This document shows positions 9,528 to 18,777 of a stretch of 64,000 nucleotides of DNA, piece by piece (positions within the stretch are counted from its first letter, which is position 1; each line of letters opens with the position of its first letter). Under the pieces are notes generated by a model. That model did not search any database. It was given only the letters and a program-made list of their open reading frames with translations, and was not told the DNA's origin. A program made the position numbers and the translations under genes. This stretch comes from Candidatus Uhrbacteria bacterium (lineage in GTDB: Bacteria > Patescibacteriota > Patescibacteriia > UBA9934 > GWF2-40-263). Location: positions 197,110-261,109 of the forward strand of contig JAERTI010000043.1 in assembly GCA_016844925.1 (NCBI GenBank), in the 5' to 3' direction.

Positions 9528-10478
9528 TTAGGGAGTCAGATTGGGGCGGGTCTTGGCGGCACCGCGTGGGAGCGGATTGCCGTCCAGGTCCTGCCACGGG
9601 AAGACTCTCAGGGAGGGGTCACAGTCCTTGTGGAAGGCCGTGAGCCCCAGCTCTTCGATGTCGCGAGGCACCATCTCCCAGTCGTAATCGAACAGGGGAT
9701 TGTGAGCATTACCGAGGCGGTCGAAGATTCGCGTCTCGTAGCTCAGGCGCAACCAGGTTCGCTTCGTGGGAACGGTTGCTTCCATGCCTCGGTGGGCACA
9801 GTAGCAGTCCATGAGGGTGATTTCCCAGGGGTCGCTCTGCCAGCGGCCAGCGCTCCCTGCCTCTGCCACCCAGTAGTTCATTGCCCAGAACACATCGTGC
9901 TTGGCAATGTCGAGCTGGGAGAAGTCGAAGGCCAGGGGGTAGTACCAGGTGGGTAGGCAATTGGCCACCGTGTAGGTGTGATTGCCTTCCACGGTTGGTA
10001 TCCACCGCGCTCCCTGAAATCCATCGACGTGGACGGGAGCTTCTCTGAGCTGACTTCCAGGTTGTACCAGGGCCTGGTCGATGGTCAGATAGGCGTAGTA
10101 GTCGATGTGCCTCTCTGGGTTCAGGGCCGACTCGTTGGCTGCCAATCGTCTGATGACGTGAGCGAACTGAGCCAATTCTCGTGGGAGTCGGTACTCCAAG
10201 CTCCCAGGCATCTTGATGGGCATGTCCAGGGTGCGGGGAGCACCAGGAGTCATAAAGCGTGCACGGTTCTGCGGCTCCACGAGTCCGAGTCGCAAGGGGA
10301 GACGAGGATCCAGGAAGCGATCGAGATCAAACGGTTTGTTGAGATCACGCCGCACCTTGGAGGTTTCGTCGATTCCCTCTGGGAGCCAGGGGCTTGGGGT
10401 GAAGATGATGCCACCGTCTTTTGAAAACATTGGCATTGAGTAGCGCTTACCCCGATAGCTGGCGTGTTCTGTGTTCAT
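9528..10478 (-). CDS. Putative 2OG-Fe(II) dioxygenase-fold protein
   Basis: HVDG...HRG...RTWLRLS pattern (HxD..H..RxS); ATGA overlap with the upstream oxidoreductase. Confidence 0.55.
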   Translation of the reverse strand: MNTEHASYRGKRYSMPMFSKDGGIIFTPSPWLPEGIDETSKVRRDLNKPFDLDRFLDPRLPLRLGLVEPQNRARFMTPGAPRTLDMPIKMPGSLEYRLPRELAQFAHVIRRLAANESALNPERHIDYYAYLTIDQALVQPGSQLREAPVHVDGFQGARWIPTVEGNHTYTVANCLPTWYYPLAFDFSQLDIAKHDVFWAMNYWVAEAGSAGRWQSDPWEITLMDCYCAHRGMEATVPTKRTWLRLSYETRIFDRLGNAHNPLFDYDWEMVPRDIEELGLTAFHKDCDPSLRVFPWQDLDGNPLPRGAAKTRPNLTP

Positions 10479-11446
10479 GGTGTTCTCCAGGATGTAGCGG
10501 TTTCCAAGCGTCGCGTGTTGCGCAGGCCGATGAGGGCACCGGGAACGCAAGGGGAATTCGTTTCGATGGCTCGAGTGAATGCGCGGAGTTCCTGCTCATA
10601 GGGGTCAACGGTTTGGAATTCGACCGGGTTGCCGTTGAGCGTAATCACTCCTGCGCCGCGAGCTCCGAGCGTTTCCGTGCACAGGATTTCTGTGGTCTTG
10701 CTTTGCACAGAAATCGTGCGAGGCTTACGGGTGATGCCGCTGACAAACATGTCGACGAGTGGTCCGTCTGTGAATGCCATTGAGATCAGTGCCTGTTCAT
10801 CGCGCTGATGGTAGATCGCATTGCTCGAAAGGATCTTGATCTCGGGGCACCCGGATTCGTCACCGGTGATGAGCCAGGTGGCCAGGTCGATCAGATGCGT
10901 TCCGAGGGCGGAGAGCACCCACCAACGACCGAGTTCCCCACGGGCACGCCAGGGGGAGTCTTCTGGGTTCATCTGGTACGTCCAGTTCATGGAGATGCGG
11001 TGTAGTTGCCCAAGGTTCCCTGAAGCAATCTGTTGCCGCAGCCACTGGTGACCTGCGTGGTAGCGCAGGTGGTAGCCCACCTGGAGACGTACGCCCGCTG
11101 CTGATCTTGTTGAGAGCATGGCCAGGGCATCGTGCTCGTTGGTGGCCATGGGCTTTTCAACAAACACATGCTTGCCAGAGTTCATCAGAGTGATGGCCTG
11201 TGCGGCATGCAGTGCATCGGGACTCGCGATGATGACAGCGTCGATGGACGGATCCTGTGCCAGGGTGTCGAGCTTTGTGTAAACACGGCCCTGAACACTC
11301 AGGCCCTTGAGGAAGGCTTCGCCACGCGTGTGTGAGCGACTGAGTACGCCACAGAGACGGGCATGTTCAATCTTGCAAAGAGCGGGGCCCAGGTGGCGCG
11401 AGGCAACCTGACCAGTGCCAATGATGGCAAAACGGATGGGTTCCAT
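10475..11446 (-). CDS. Gfo/Idh/MocA family oxidoreductase
   Basis: IIGTGQVA, DAVIIASP..LH, GKHVFVEKPMA, GTHLIDL. Confidence 0.92.
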   Translation of the reverse strand: MEPIRFAIIGTGQVASRHLGPALCKIEHARLCGVLSRSHTRGEAFLKGLSVQGRVYTKLDTLAQDPSIDAVIIASPDALHAAQAITLMNSGKHVFVEKPMATNEHDALAMLSTRSAAGVRLQVGYHLRYHAGHQWLRQQIASGNLGQLHRISMNWTYQMNPEDSPWRARGELGRWWVLSALGTHLIDLATWLITGDESGCPEIKILSSNAIYHQRDEQALISMAFTDGPLVDMFVSGITRKPRTISVQSKTTEILCTETLGARGAGVITLNGNPVEFQTVDPYEQELRAFTRAIETNSPCVPGALIGLRNTRRLETATSWRTP

Positions 11447-11518
11447 GGTTCCTCCCATGAGCTGACGAATCGTCATCAACTCGTGGAAAAGGCCGAGCGT
11501 GCGTAGCTCGGCGAGGGG

Positions 11519-12673
11519 TTACTTGATGGCAAGCATGCGGTCGATGCCCACCTTGGCCCGCTGGGCAACGGACCGTGGGATATGGACCACACGATCGTTC
11601 TGAAGCGGGTTGCGGGGATCGCAGCAGTCATCACACAGGATGATCTCCAGTCGGTCACCTTCCAGTTCAGCCAGGAGCTTCTCAAGCGTGCAGGCCTTCA
11701 TGTACTGACACGTGGCCTGCGCACTGACCGCATCGAAGGTCTTCTCAGGAAGCTCCTTGCGCAGGCGGTAGATCATGCCCAGCTCCGTTGCGATGAGGAA
11801 GCGCTGGGCGTTGCTTTGCCGGGCGCGGTCCAGCATCTGGCTGGTGGAGAGGAAGTAGGCGCGCTCACGAGGAATGATGCCCTGTTCGAGCTTGAGCAGG
11901 CAGGTGCTGGCACAGCCACATTCGGGATGAATGATCAGCTCGGCATCAGGATCTTCGTCCAGAGCACGCTCGGCAGCATCATCGCCGATCTTCTCGTGGA
12001 CGTAGCAGCAGGCATTCCACCCCTGGTGGTGGTAGGTGTAGATGTCGATCAGGTCTGGGTCGACACCGAATTCCACCACGGCCTTCTGGCGCATGACGGC
12101 CCCGAGGAACTTGTCGGGGGCCAACAGGATGCGTCTGCCGGGGAACTGGCGAGCGGCTTCAGCGATGATCAGGTGAGTGTTTCGGCTGGTGCAGATGTAG
12201 TCGCTGAGTGACTTGGTGTACACATCCGAGTTCACGTAGCTGATGACGATGCCCTGCGGATTTGCCTCCTTCCATTTCTCGATCCAGCGGTGACTCGTGC
12301 CGAAGACCAGGCTACAGCCGAGCACTTGCGGGCGATCGGGGACGAACACGCGCGTTGCATCGCCGGTGATGATCTTCGCGGTCGCTCCCATGAAGTAGAC
12401 GCTCTGGAAATCCACACGTGGAACGCGTCGGCGCGCGACTTCCAAGGAGAGTCCGAGAGAGTCGCCGACAAGCGCGGCAACTTCATGGAGTTCCGGGAAG
12501 ACGTAGTTGTGTGCGACGACCAAGGCATTCTTCTCTCGCGCTCGAGCTCTGATGGCTAGCGCCAGTTCCGCGAGTTCGAGGCATTTGGCAGCGGTGTAGC
12601 GGCCAGGGTAAAGATTTTCTGCGTGGGTGTTGAACAGCGTGTGCCATTGTGAGGCCAGTTCACGTGCGTGCAT
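11519..12673 (-). CDS. nadA: Quinolinate synthase
   Basis: VAHNY, GDSL, FM, GCSL, YVNS, CTS.N, PDKFLG, C.VH, HPEC, TE.G, C.YMK; three Fe-S cysteines present. Confidence 0.93.
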   Translation of the reverse strand: MHARELASQWHTLFNTHAENLYPGRYTAAKCLELAELALAIRARAREKNALVVAHNYVFPELHEVAALVGDSLGLSLEVARRRVPRVDFQSVYFMGATAKIITGDATRVFVPDRPQVLGCSLVFGTSHRWIEKWKEANPQGIVISYVNSDVYTKSLSDYICTSRNTHLIIAEAARQFPGRRILLAPDKFLGAVMRQKAVVEFGVDPDLIDIYTYHHQGWNACCYVHEKIGDDAAERALDEDPDAELIIHPECGCASTCLLKLEQGIIPRERAYFLSTSQMLDRARQSNAQRFLIATELGMIYRLRKELPEKTFDAVSAQATCQYMKACTLEKLLAELEGDRLEIILCDDCCDPRNPLQNDRVVHIPRSVAQRAKVGIDRMLAIK

Positions 12674-12812
12674 GATTCCTCCGAAGTGAGTGTTTCCTCA
12701 GCGTCACCCTAACAACCAGGAGCATTCTTTGTCAGCACCTGTGTCATAAATACAAACAGATAGAATGATTATCTTTATTTTCTTATGAAAGATTGATTAT
12801 TTTGTAAACAAG

Positions 12813-12829
12813 TGTCACTATTTGTGACA
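12813..12829. promoter_or_regulatory. Palindromic operator candidate
   Basis: TGTCAC-TATTT-GTGACA directly before the TrmB-like ATG, in the divergent nadA/TrmB spacer. Confidence 0.5.
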
Positions 12830-12830
12830 T

Positions 12831-13559
12831 ATGGATGTGGATACAACGTTATTCAGTCAAATTGGTCTCTCTGAGCAACAAGGGAGAATCTATCTTGCCC
12901 TTCTTGAGGTGGGCGAAGGAAGTGTTGCCGAGGTGGCGCGTAGGGTTGGGCTGCATCGAGCGGTTATCTATAAAGATTTACCTGTCTTGCTCGAATTAGG
13001 AGTCGTTTCAATGGTTCTCCATGGAAAGCAGAAGCGTTATAAGGCTGCTCCTCTAAGAGTGCTCAAGCGTATTGAGAACGCTCGATCCGAATCATTTTTA
13101 GTTGAGTTGGAGGGGTTGATGAAAACGGTTCAGGGAACGCAAACGCCAGGCGTACAGATTCTGGAAGGAGCCAAGGGGTTGCAGCAAGTGATGGAGGATG
13201 TGCTTGCGACGCTTAAAAAGAGTGATGTTCTGTATCGCTATAGCTCCAGGGATCCAAAAACAGACATCAGCCTCTATGCGCCAAAAGACTATTCCATCAG
13301 ACGTCAGGCAAAAGGGTTTGATCAGTACACGATTACAAATCACGCACTGAAAACCTCTTCTCACATTAATCGAATGAATCGTGTTTCAAAGGAAGTGCCG
13401 GTTCAAGAAGATCTTTTTGAGTACAACATTTCGCTGCTTATCTATGGCTCTAAAGTTGCTGTTGTTGATTTTGATCGGGAGCAAGCTGTCATTCATGATA
13501 ATCAGGCGCTTGCAGATTTTCACAAAAGAATTTTTCTGTTGCTCTATCACCGTCTCTAG
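12831..13559 (+). CDS. TrmB family transcriptional regulator
   Basis: GLSE...IYLALLE.G..SV..VA...GLHR..IY..L..L.E.G.V HTH; C-terminal PLD-like effector domain (IYGSKVA). Confidence 0.88.
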   Translation: MDVDTTLFSQIGLSEQQGRIYLALLEVGEGSVAEVARRVGLHRAVIYKDLPVLLELGVVSMVLHGKQKRYKAAPLRVLKRIENARSESFLVELEGLMKTVQGTQTPGVQILEGAKGLQQVMEDVLATLKKSDVLYRYSSRDPKTDISLYAPKDYSIRRQAKGFDQYTITNHALKTSSHINRMNRVSKEVPVQEDLFEYNISLLIYGSKVAVVDFDREQAVIHDNQALADFHKRIFLLLYHRL

Positions 13560-13595
13560 TTGACAGATCATCTCAGTGAGCTACGCTTCTTACGT

Positions 13596-13691
13596 ATGAA
13601 CAACACATGCCACAAGGGAATCATGCCACTCTTCGCGGATTACTCCGTGCAGAGTTTTTGTTTCTCGGGTGGTAGAGCTGTGATGTCGTAA
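13596..13691 (+). CDS. Putative leader peptide MNNTCHKGIMPLFADYSVQSFCFSGGRAVMS
   Basis: Translated by hand; TTGACA..TACGCT promoter just upstream; terminator downstream, then the MFS gene. Confidence 0.6.
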   Translation: MNNTCHKGIMPLFADYSVQSFCFSGGRAVMS

Positions 13692-13715
13692 GAGTGTCTT
13701 ACGTGATCAATGTTC

Positions 13716-13742
13716 AAACAACCCGGGAAACCGGGTTGTTTT
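13716..13742 (+). terminator. Attenuator terminator upstream of MFS gene
   Basis: AAACAACCCGG-GAAA-CCGGGTTGTTTT. Confidence 0.75.
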
Positions 13743-13837
13743 GATTCTCGAATACGTCGAGGTCAATTAATTCACTTCTCTCCGACGATCGTGGGGTTCA
13801 CGATCGCTTGGTTAGAGTTACCCAAGACGGAGACACT

Positions 13838-15010
13838 ATGTCTGCAGCACGCACGTACTACCTCTTCTTCGCGCTCATTTACATCGGCATGGGTTCGACC
13901 GTAACGGCCTACACGCCGTTCCTTCAGGAGATCGGCCTCTCGCTTGGCCAGATCGGCTTGGTGAACGCCATCTTCTGGACGGTGCTGATCGTCAGTGAGC
14001 TTCCCACAGGGATGATTGCCGACGGACGCTCACGGGCGTTCTCCCTCAAGCTGGGAGCGATCTTCTACGGCGTGGGTGCGCTCGGTTACACCCAGGCGAC
14101 GGGCTTCTGGAGCGCAGCGGCGGCTGAGTCACTCATTGCCATCGGTGGCGCGTTTGTCTCTGGTGCGGGTGCGGCGTGGATTGCTGATGCCTTGCATCGC
14201 GAAGGGCGGAGCGATGAGTTGCGGCACGTTTACGCCACTGAGTCGCTCATCAAGTCAGGTCTCATGCTCATCGGAGGGTTTGTTGGAGCGGCAATCGCTC
14301 TGGTGGACTACCGACTGATTTGGGTGCCGTTCGCCTTGAGCGCACCGGTGGCTGCCTACGTCGCTCATCGGCACATGAATGGTCAGGGGGAACCGCTCGA
14401 GTACGTCAGTGAGCTCACGGCCTTCCGGCTCGCCTTCGCACAGCTGCGACGCTCACGGGCTCTCATCTGGGTGATCGGTGCGCTCATCGTCTTCGGGGCG
14501 GTGATCTCGTTCAACCACTATTGGGCCATCTACTTCAAGGCTCAGGTGGGGCAGATGGGTCTCGCGCTGATCTGGCCGGTCATGTACCTGGGTCTCATTG
14601 GAGCCGCCCAGCTCGTGCGAAAGGCTCGCATTCCGCTCGGTGCTGAAGCAAAGCTCATCGTCCTGGCCGTGTTTGTGTCGGGGGTGGGTCTGGGACTCAC
14701 GGCCATGGCACCTGCACTGCTCTTCTCGATTCCTGCCTTGGTGGTGCATGAGTTTGGTCGAGGGCTCTTCCAGCCGCTCACTGACAGCTTTGTGCAGCAT
14801 CGCGTACACAGCAGCTACCGCGCGACCTTTGGTTCGCTCCAGTCCTTCTTGGGACGTATGGGGTTCGCCATTGTTCCAGTGGTTGTTTGGCTGAGCATCG
14901 AAGGGAAGCCCAACACCCCCGAGACGATCGAGTGGGTCTGGCTCGCTTGCGCCGCATTGCTGATCTTGGGTTCTGGCGCGCTTTGGTTCACGCGTCCGAG
15001 TGAACGCTGA
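13838..15010 (+). CDS. MFS transporter
   Basis: About 12 TM helices; ELPTG.IADGRSR motif A; S..RATFGS. Confidence 0.9.
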   Translation: MSAARTYYLFFALIYIGMGSTVTAYTPFLQEIGLSLGQIGLVNAIFWTVLIVSELPTGMIADGRSRAFSLKLGAIFYGVGALGYTQATGFWSAAAAESLIAIGGAFVSGAGAAWIADALHREGRSDELRHVYATESLIKSGLMLIGGFVGAAIALVDYRLIWVPFALSAPVAAYVAHRHMNGQGEPLEYVSELTAFRLAFAQLRRSRALIWVIGALIVFGAVISFNHYWAIYFKAQVGQMGLALIWPVMYLGLIGAAQLVRKARIPLGAEAKLIVLAVFVSGVGLGLTAMAPALLFSIPALVVHEFGRGLFQPLTDSFVQHRVHSSYRATFGSLQSFLGRMGFAIVPVVVWLSIEGKPNTPETIEWVWLACAALLILGSGALWFTRPSER

Positions 15011-15058
15011 ACCAAAAAACCTCCCCACACGGGGGAGGTTTTTCTCATTCTAGTGAGT

Positions 15059-15349
15059 CTAGATTTCACGCTTTCCTTTCAAGGTGTCCTTCAAAGCCTT
15101 TCCAGCTTTGAACTTCGGCACGACAACGGATGGGATGGTGATCTTTTCTGATGGGTTCTGTGGGTTCACACCGATGCGTCCTTTACGCAAGCGTGCACTG
15201 AATGTTCCGAATCCAGCGATGGTGACCTCGTCACCGTTAACCAGTGTTCGGGTTACGATTTCTTCAAATGCGGCAATGAAATCTTCACCGAGTTTCTTTG
15301 AGATATCGAGTTTGTCTGCAAGCCGTGCAGCGAGCTCAGCTTTGTTCAT
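15059..15349 (-). CDS. hup: HU family DNA-binding protein
   Basis: MNKAEL...GFGTF...R.G.NPQ...VPKFKAGKALKD. Confidence 0.95.
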   Translation of the reverse strand: MNKAELAARLADKLDISKKLGEDFIAAFEEIVTRTLVNGDEVTIAGFGTFSARLRKGRIGVNPQNPSEKITIPSVVVPKFKAGKALKDTLKGKREI

Positions 15350-15411
15350 ATAGTTGGATTTTGGAAGTGAGAATACCCGAAAGTTAGCAGAGAAATGCAC
15401 TATTGTCAATC

Positions 15412-16971
15412 TTACCTTGCGTATTCAATGACGCGTGTTTCTCGAATAACCATGACTTTTACCTCTCCAGGATAGGAAAGTTCCGCTTCAATTCTGTTGG
15501 CAACATCTTTCGCTAAGCGATACGCCTCTAGGTCACCAATGCGCTCAGGATTAATGAATACACGCACCTCGCGTCCGGCTTGAATGGCATAGGCTTTTTC
15601 TACACCATCGAATGCACTGGCAGTGCGCTCAAGTTCTTCCATGCGCTGAATGAATTGTTCCAAGCTTTGTTTTCGTGCGCCGGGACGTGCTCCGGAGATA
15701 GCGTCTGCGGCCTTTACGATCGCGCCCTCAATGGTGCGTGGGCGGTCTTCGTGGTGGGCGATGGACTGATAGCAAAGCTCCTCAGGGAAGCCGAATTTTT
15801 TCATGATGTTATAGCCGATCTCTGGATGGGCGCCCTGCATGTCGTGATCAACGGATTTTCCGATATCATGAAAGAGACCACCTTTCCTACAGTTAAAGCT
15901 ATCAGCTCCGAGGTCATCTGCCATCATGCCAGCGATCATTCCTACCTCGATTGAGTGCTGAAGGGCATTTTGTCCGTAGCTGGTTCGGTACTTCATGCGA
16001 CCGAGAATGGAGATTAGCTTTGGATCAATGGAGCCTACGGGGATGCCAAGCTGGTAGAGAGCCTCCTCACCAGACTTACGGAGATCCTTTGCAAGCGTCT
16101 TCTTCGCATTCATGACGCACTCTTCAATGCGAGCGGGATGGATGCGACCATCTTTAATGAGCTCGTCCAAGGCACGCTTGGCAACCTGACGACGGATAGG
16201 GGAGAAGCCGCTGACGGTGATCTGTCCGGGGGTATCGTCTACGATTACCTCCGTACCGGTCAGCATCTCAATGGCTTTAATGTTGCGCCCCTCTTTTCCG
16301 ATAACACGTCCTTTCATCTCTTCATTTGGAAGATCTACTTTTGTGGTGGTTGTCTCGGTGGAGACAGGGGAGGCGAATCGACTCAGGGCGAGTGAAAGGA
16401 CTTGGCGAGATTTCTTTTCAATCTCTTCTTCGCTCATGCGCTCTGCTTTGCGCAGACGGCTCATGAGAGACTCTTCGATGTCAGCCTCTACTTGCTTGAG
16501 CAGGTGCTCTGAGGCTTGTTCTGTACTCATGCCTGCAACTTCTTGAAGCTTAGCGAGCTGTTCATCTTTGAGCCCGGAGAGCTTCTCCTTGATACCTTCG
16601 ACTTCTTTTGTTCGTTGTTCAAGTTTGGTGGTCTTCTCTTCAACCTCCATCAACTTCTTGTCGAACATGTTCTCGCGCTTTTCCAATCGACGCTGTTGGT
16701 CTTGGATATCGCGACGACGGGCCTGCTCTTCGTGCTTAGCCTCGTCGATAATTTTCAAGGCCTTCTCTTTCGCCTTGATCAGAGCGTTCTGCTCTCGGGT
16801 CTTGGTCTCCTGAAGAATCTGTTGTTGCTTGTTCTTGGCGTCGGCAAGCATTTTCTCGGCTCGCGCTTCCGCTTCGTCCGCGGTGCGTTTTGCCTTGGCC
16901 TTGCGCAGGGCGTACCCCGCAGCAATTCCTATAAGCAACGCCACTAGGAACGGGATTATTTCGGTGAACAT
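15412..16971 (-). CDS. rny: Ribonuclease Y
   Basis: N-terminal TM, coiled coil, KH (MKGRVIGKEGRNI), HD (HDIGK), ADAISGARPGAR. Confidence 0.97.
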   Translation of the reverse strand: MFTEIIPFLVALLIGIAAGYALRKAKAKRTADEAEARAEKMLADAKNKQQQILQETKTREQNALIKAKEKALKIIDEAKHEEQARRRDIQDQQRRLEKRENMFDKKLMEVEEKTTKLEQRTKEVEGIKEKLSGLKDEQLAKLQEVAGMSTEQASEHLLKQVEADIEESLMSRLRKAERMSEEEIEKKSRQVLSLALSRFASPVSTETTTTKVDLPNEEMKGRVIGKEGRNIKAIEMLTGTEVIVDDTPGQITVSGFSPIRRQVAKRALDELIKDGRIHPARIEECVMNAKKTLAKDLRKSGEEALYQLGIPVGSIDPKLISILGRMKYRTSYGQNALQHSIEVGMIAGMMADDLGADSFNCRKGGLFHDIGKSVDHDMQGAHPEIGYNIMKKFGFPEELCYQSIAHHEDRPRTIEGAIVKAADAISGARPGARKQSLEQFIQRMEELERTASAFDGVEKAYAIQAGREVRVFINPERIGDLEAYRLAKDVANRIEAELSYPGEVKVMVIRETRVIEYAR

Positions 16972-16983
16972 AAAACTTCTCAC

Positions 16984-17142
16984 TACCGGAGAAGCTTTCG
17001 ATGAGTCTACATTGTGGCAAAAAGGATCCTACAACAACAAATCTTCCTGCTCAGAGGAAGAAGCTGAATGAATAGCTGTGTTGTCAGCAAAAGTATGCAT
17101 AGGGAAGCTTTTCACCTTCATCGAGAAGCGTCGTCCGGACTA
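16984..17142 (-). ncRNA. Candidate 6S-like RNA / structured leader upstream of rny
   Basis: Ends pair over about 19 bp (CCGGACGACGCTTCTCGATGA with TCATCGAAAGCTTCTCCGG) around an internal bubble; position next to rny. Confidence 0.4.
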
Positions 17143-17195
17143 ACTATAGAATGGTGAATTACGCCTCCGAAGCGTAGCACCGGCCCCCTTCACTG

Positions 17196-17906
17196 TCAAA
17201 GCCGTTCTAGTAAATCTTGGACGGGAATCAAAGCAGGTTCTACGGCCCCCTCAAGGCTCTTAAGAGGGTGTGATTCATCGATCGAGAACGGTCCAATGGC
17301 CGTCCGGCGGAGCTCTTGAACATAGCCACCACCCCCAAGAGCGACTCCGAGGTCTCGAGCGATGGATCGGATGTATGTGCCAGAGGAAGAATGGATCGCA
17401 ACGCGTAAAGGTTCGGTCTCCAGTAGATCGATCGAATGAATCGTTATCTGTCGAGCAGCGGCCTTCATGGGCCTGCCCTTACGAGCCTCCTCGTACATTT
17501 TCTTTCCTCCTATTTTGATGGCGCTAAAGGCTGGGGGGACTTGTTCGATCTCGCCGACGAATTGATTGAGTGCTTCAGGGGTGAGTAGTTGAGAGAGAGG
17601 GGCCTCTTGAATGTTGCCCTCGCGGTCGTCGGTATCCGAGCTCGCTCCAAGGACAAACTCCGCCTCATACTTCTTGTCAAGCCCCACAAGCTGCTGCATC
17701 TGTTTTGTCGCCGCGCGCCCAACACCAACAATCAATAGTCCGGTCGCAAACGGATCGAGTGTTCCAGCGTGACCAACTTTCCGAATGCCTGTGTAACGTC
17801 GAACACGATCCACGACATCATGACTGGTCATGCCAGCGGGTTTATCAATAAGGAGGAAGCCTTGACGATCAAGCATTTTTTTCTTAGGGTCGGGTGTCTT
17901 AGACAT
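17196..17906 (-). CDS. truB: tRNA pseudouridine(55) synthase
   Basis: DKPAGMTSHDVV, KVGHAGTLDPFATG, GTYIRS.ARD.G. Confidence 0.96.
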   Translation of the reverse strand: MSKTPDPKKKMLDRQGFLLIDKPAGMTSHDVVDRVRRYTGIRKVGHAGTLDPFATGLLIVGVGRAATKQMQQLVGLDKKYEAEFVLGASSDTDDREGNIQEAPLSQLLTPEALNQFVGEIEQVPPAFSAIKIGGKKMYEEARKGRPMKAAARQITIHSIDLLETEPLRVAIHSSSGTYIRSIARDLGVALGGGGYVQELRRTAIGPFSIDESHPLKSLEGAVEPALIPVQDLLERL

Positions 17907-18004
17907 AGCGTTAAGGATCTTACCGGATCTTCAGCGCTGTGGCTAAGGTCGGCTACTGATGCACTGTGCATGAGAACAGTCAGGCTACTGCAGCAGGAAG
18001 GAGC

Positions 18005-18616
18005 ATGTCACTCATTGGACAGAGTTGGGAGCTCATGTCGGAGCTCGCCAAGCGTACCCCTTGGGGACGCATCAGAATTCAGCCCCTCATCGAGGACATC
18101 GGTCAGGTGAGCATGGAGTTCGTTGCGTTCCTGGAGAACGGTGGTCGCGTCTACCCCCGACAGGGTCCGGTTTTCGACTTCGACGTCGAGCCTTACATTC
18201 CGGACGGCTGGGAGATTCGTCCCGAGGATCAGATCACTAGTCGTCTGACGGGTTCTTGGCAGCTGGATGTCACGAAGGTTGGCCTGTACTCAAGCGAGAG
18301 GCAGCAGGGTCAGAAGACGGTTCGAGGCGTTGATCTCCTGTGTGAATTGGAAGGCAAGAGAGTCCTTCCTGCCCACGTGATCGAGGAGCTGCTTAAGTAT
18401 CCGGTAATGATTCCTGACTCCTGGAAGCACCGAAACGTGTATTTCTGGGGAACCGTTTATCGCGACGCTTCGGGGTGTCGGCAGATCCGAATTCTCAGCT
18501 GGACTGGCGCGCAGGGGTGGCACTGGAGTTCTCATTACCTCGAGCGTGACGATGGTACCCGTGTCATGCAAGGGCTCTGGACGAGCCAAGGGTATGCGGT
18601 ACACGTCGTAGACTAG
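18005..18616 (+). CDS. Hypothetical protein, paralog of 20194..20775
   Basis: Shared PWG, NGGRV, IPDGW.IR.EDQI, VLPAHV, IP..WK, YFWGTVYR. Confidence 0.75.
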   Translation: MSLIGQSWELMSELAKRTPWGRIRIQPLIEDIGQVSMEFVAFLENGGRVYPRQGPVFDFDVEPYIPDGWEIRPEDQITSRLTGSWQLDVTKVGLYSSERQQGQKTVRGVDLLCELEGKRVLPAHVIEELLKYPVMIPDSWKHRNVYFWGTVYRDASGCRQIRILSWTGAQGWHWSSHYLERDDGTRVMQGLWTSQGYAVHVVD

Positions 18617-18777
18617 GACGTTCGTTTCCTACAGCATTTCGCGCATTGCCTCTCACAACCCGGCACGCGGGTCATGAGAGGTGTTTTTATTTTATTCCAA
18701 AATATTGAGGTTAATTGACACCAACCACCTCATCTAGTTAACTCCACGGCCTGAGGGACTCATAAAGGGGAGACGTT

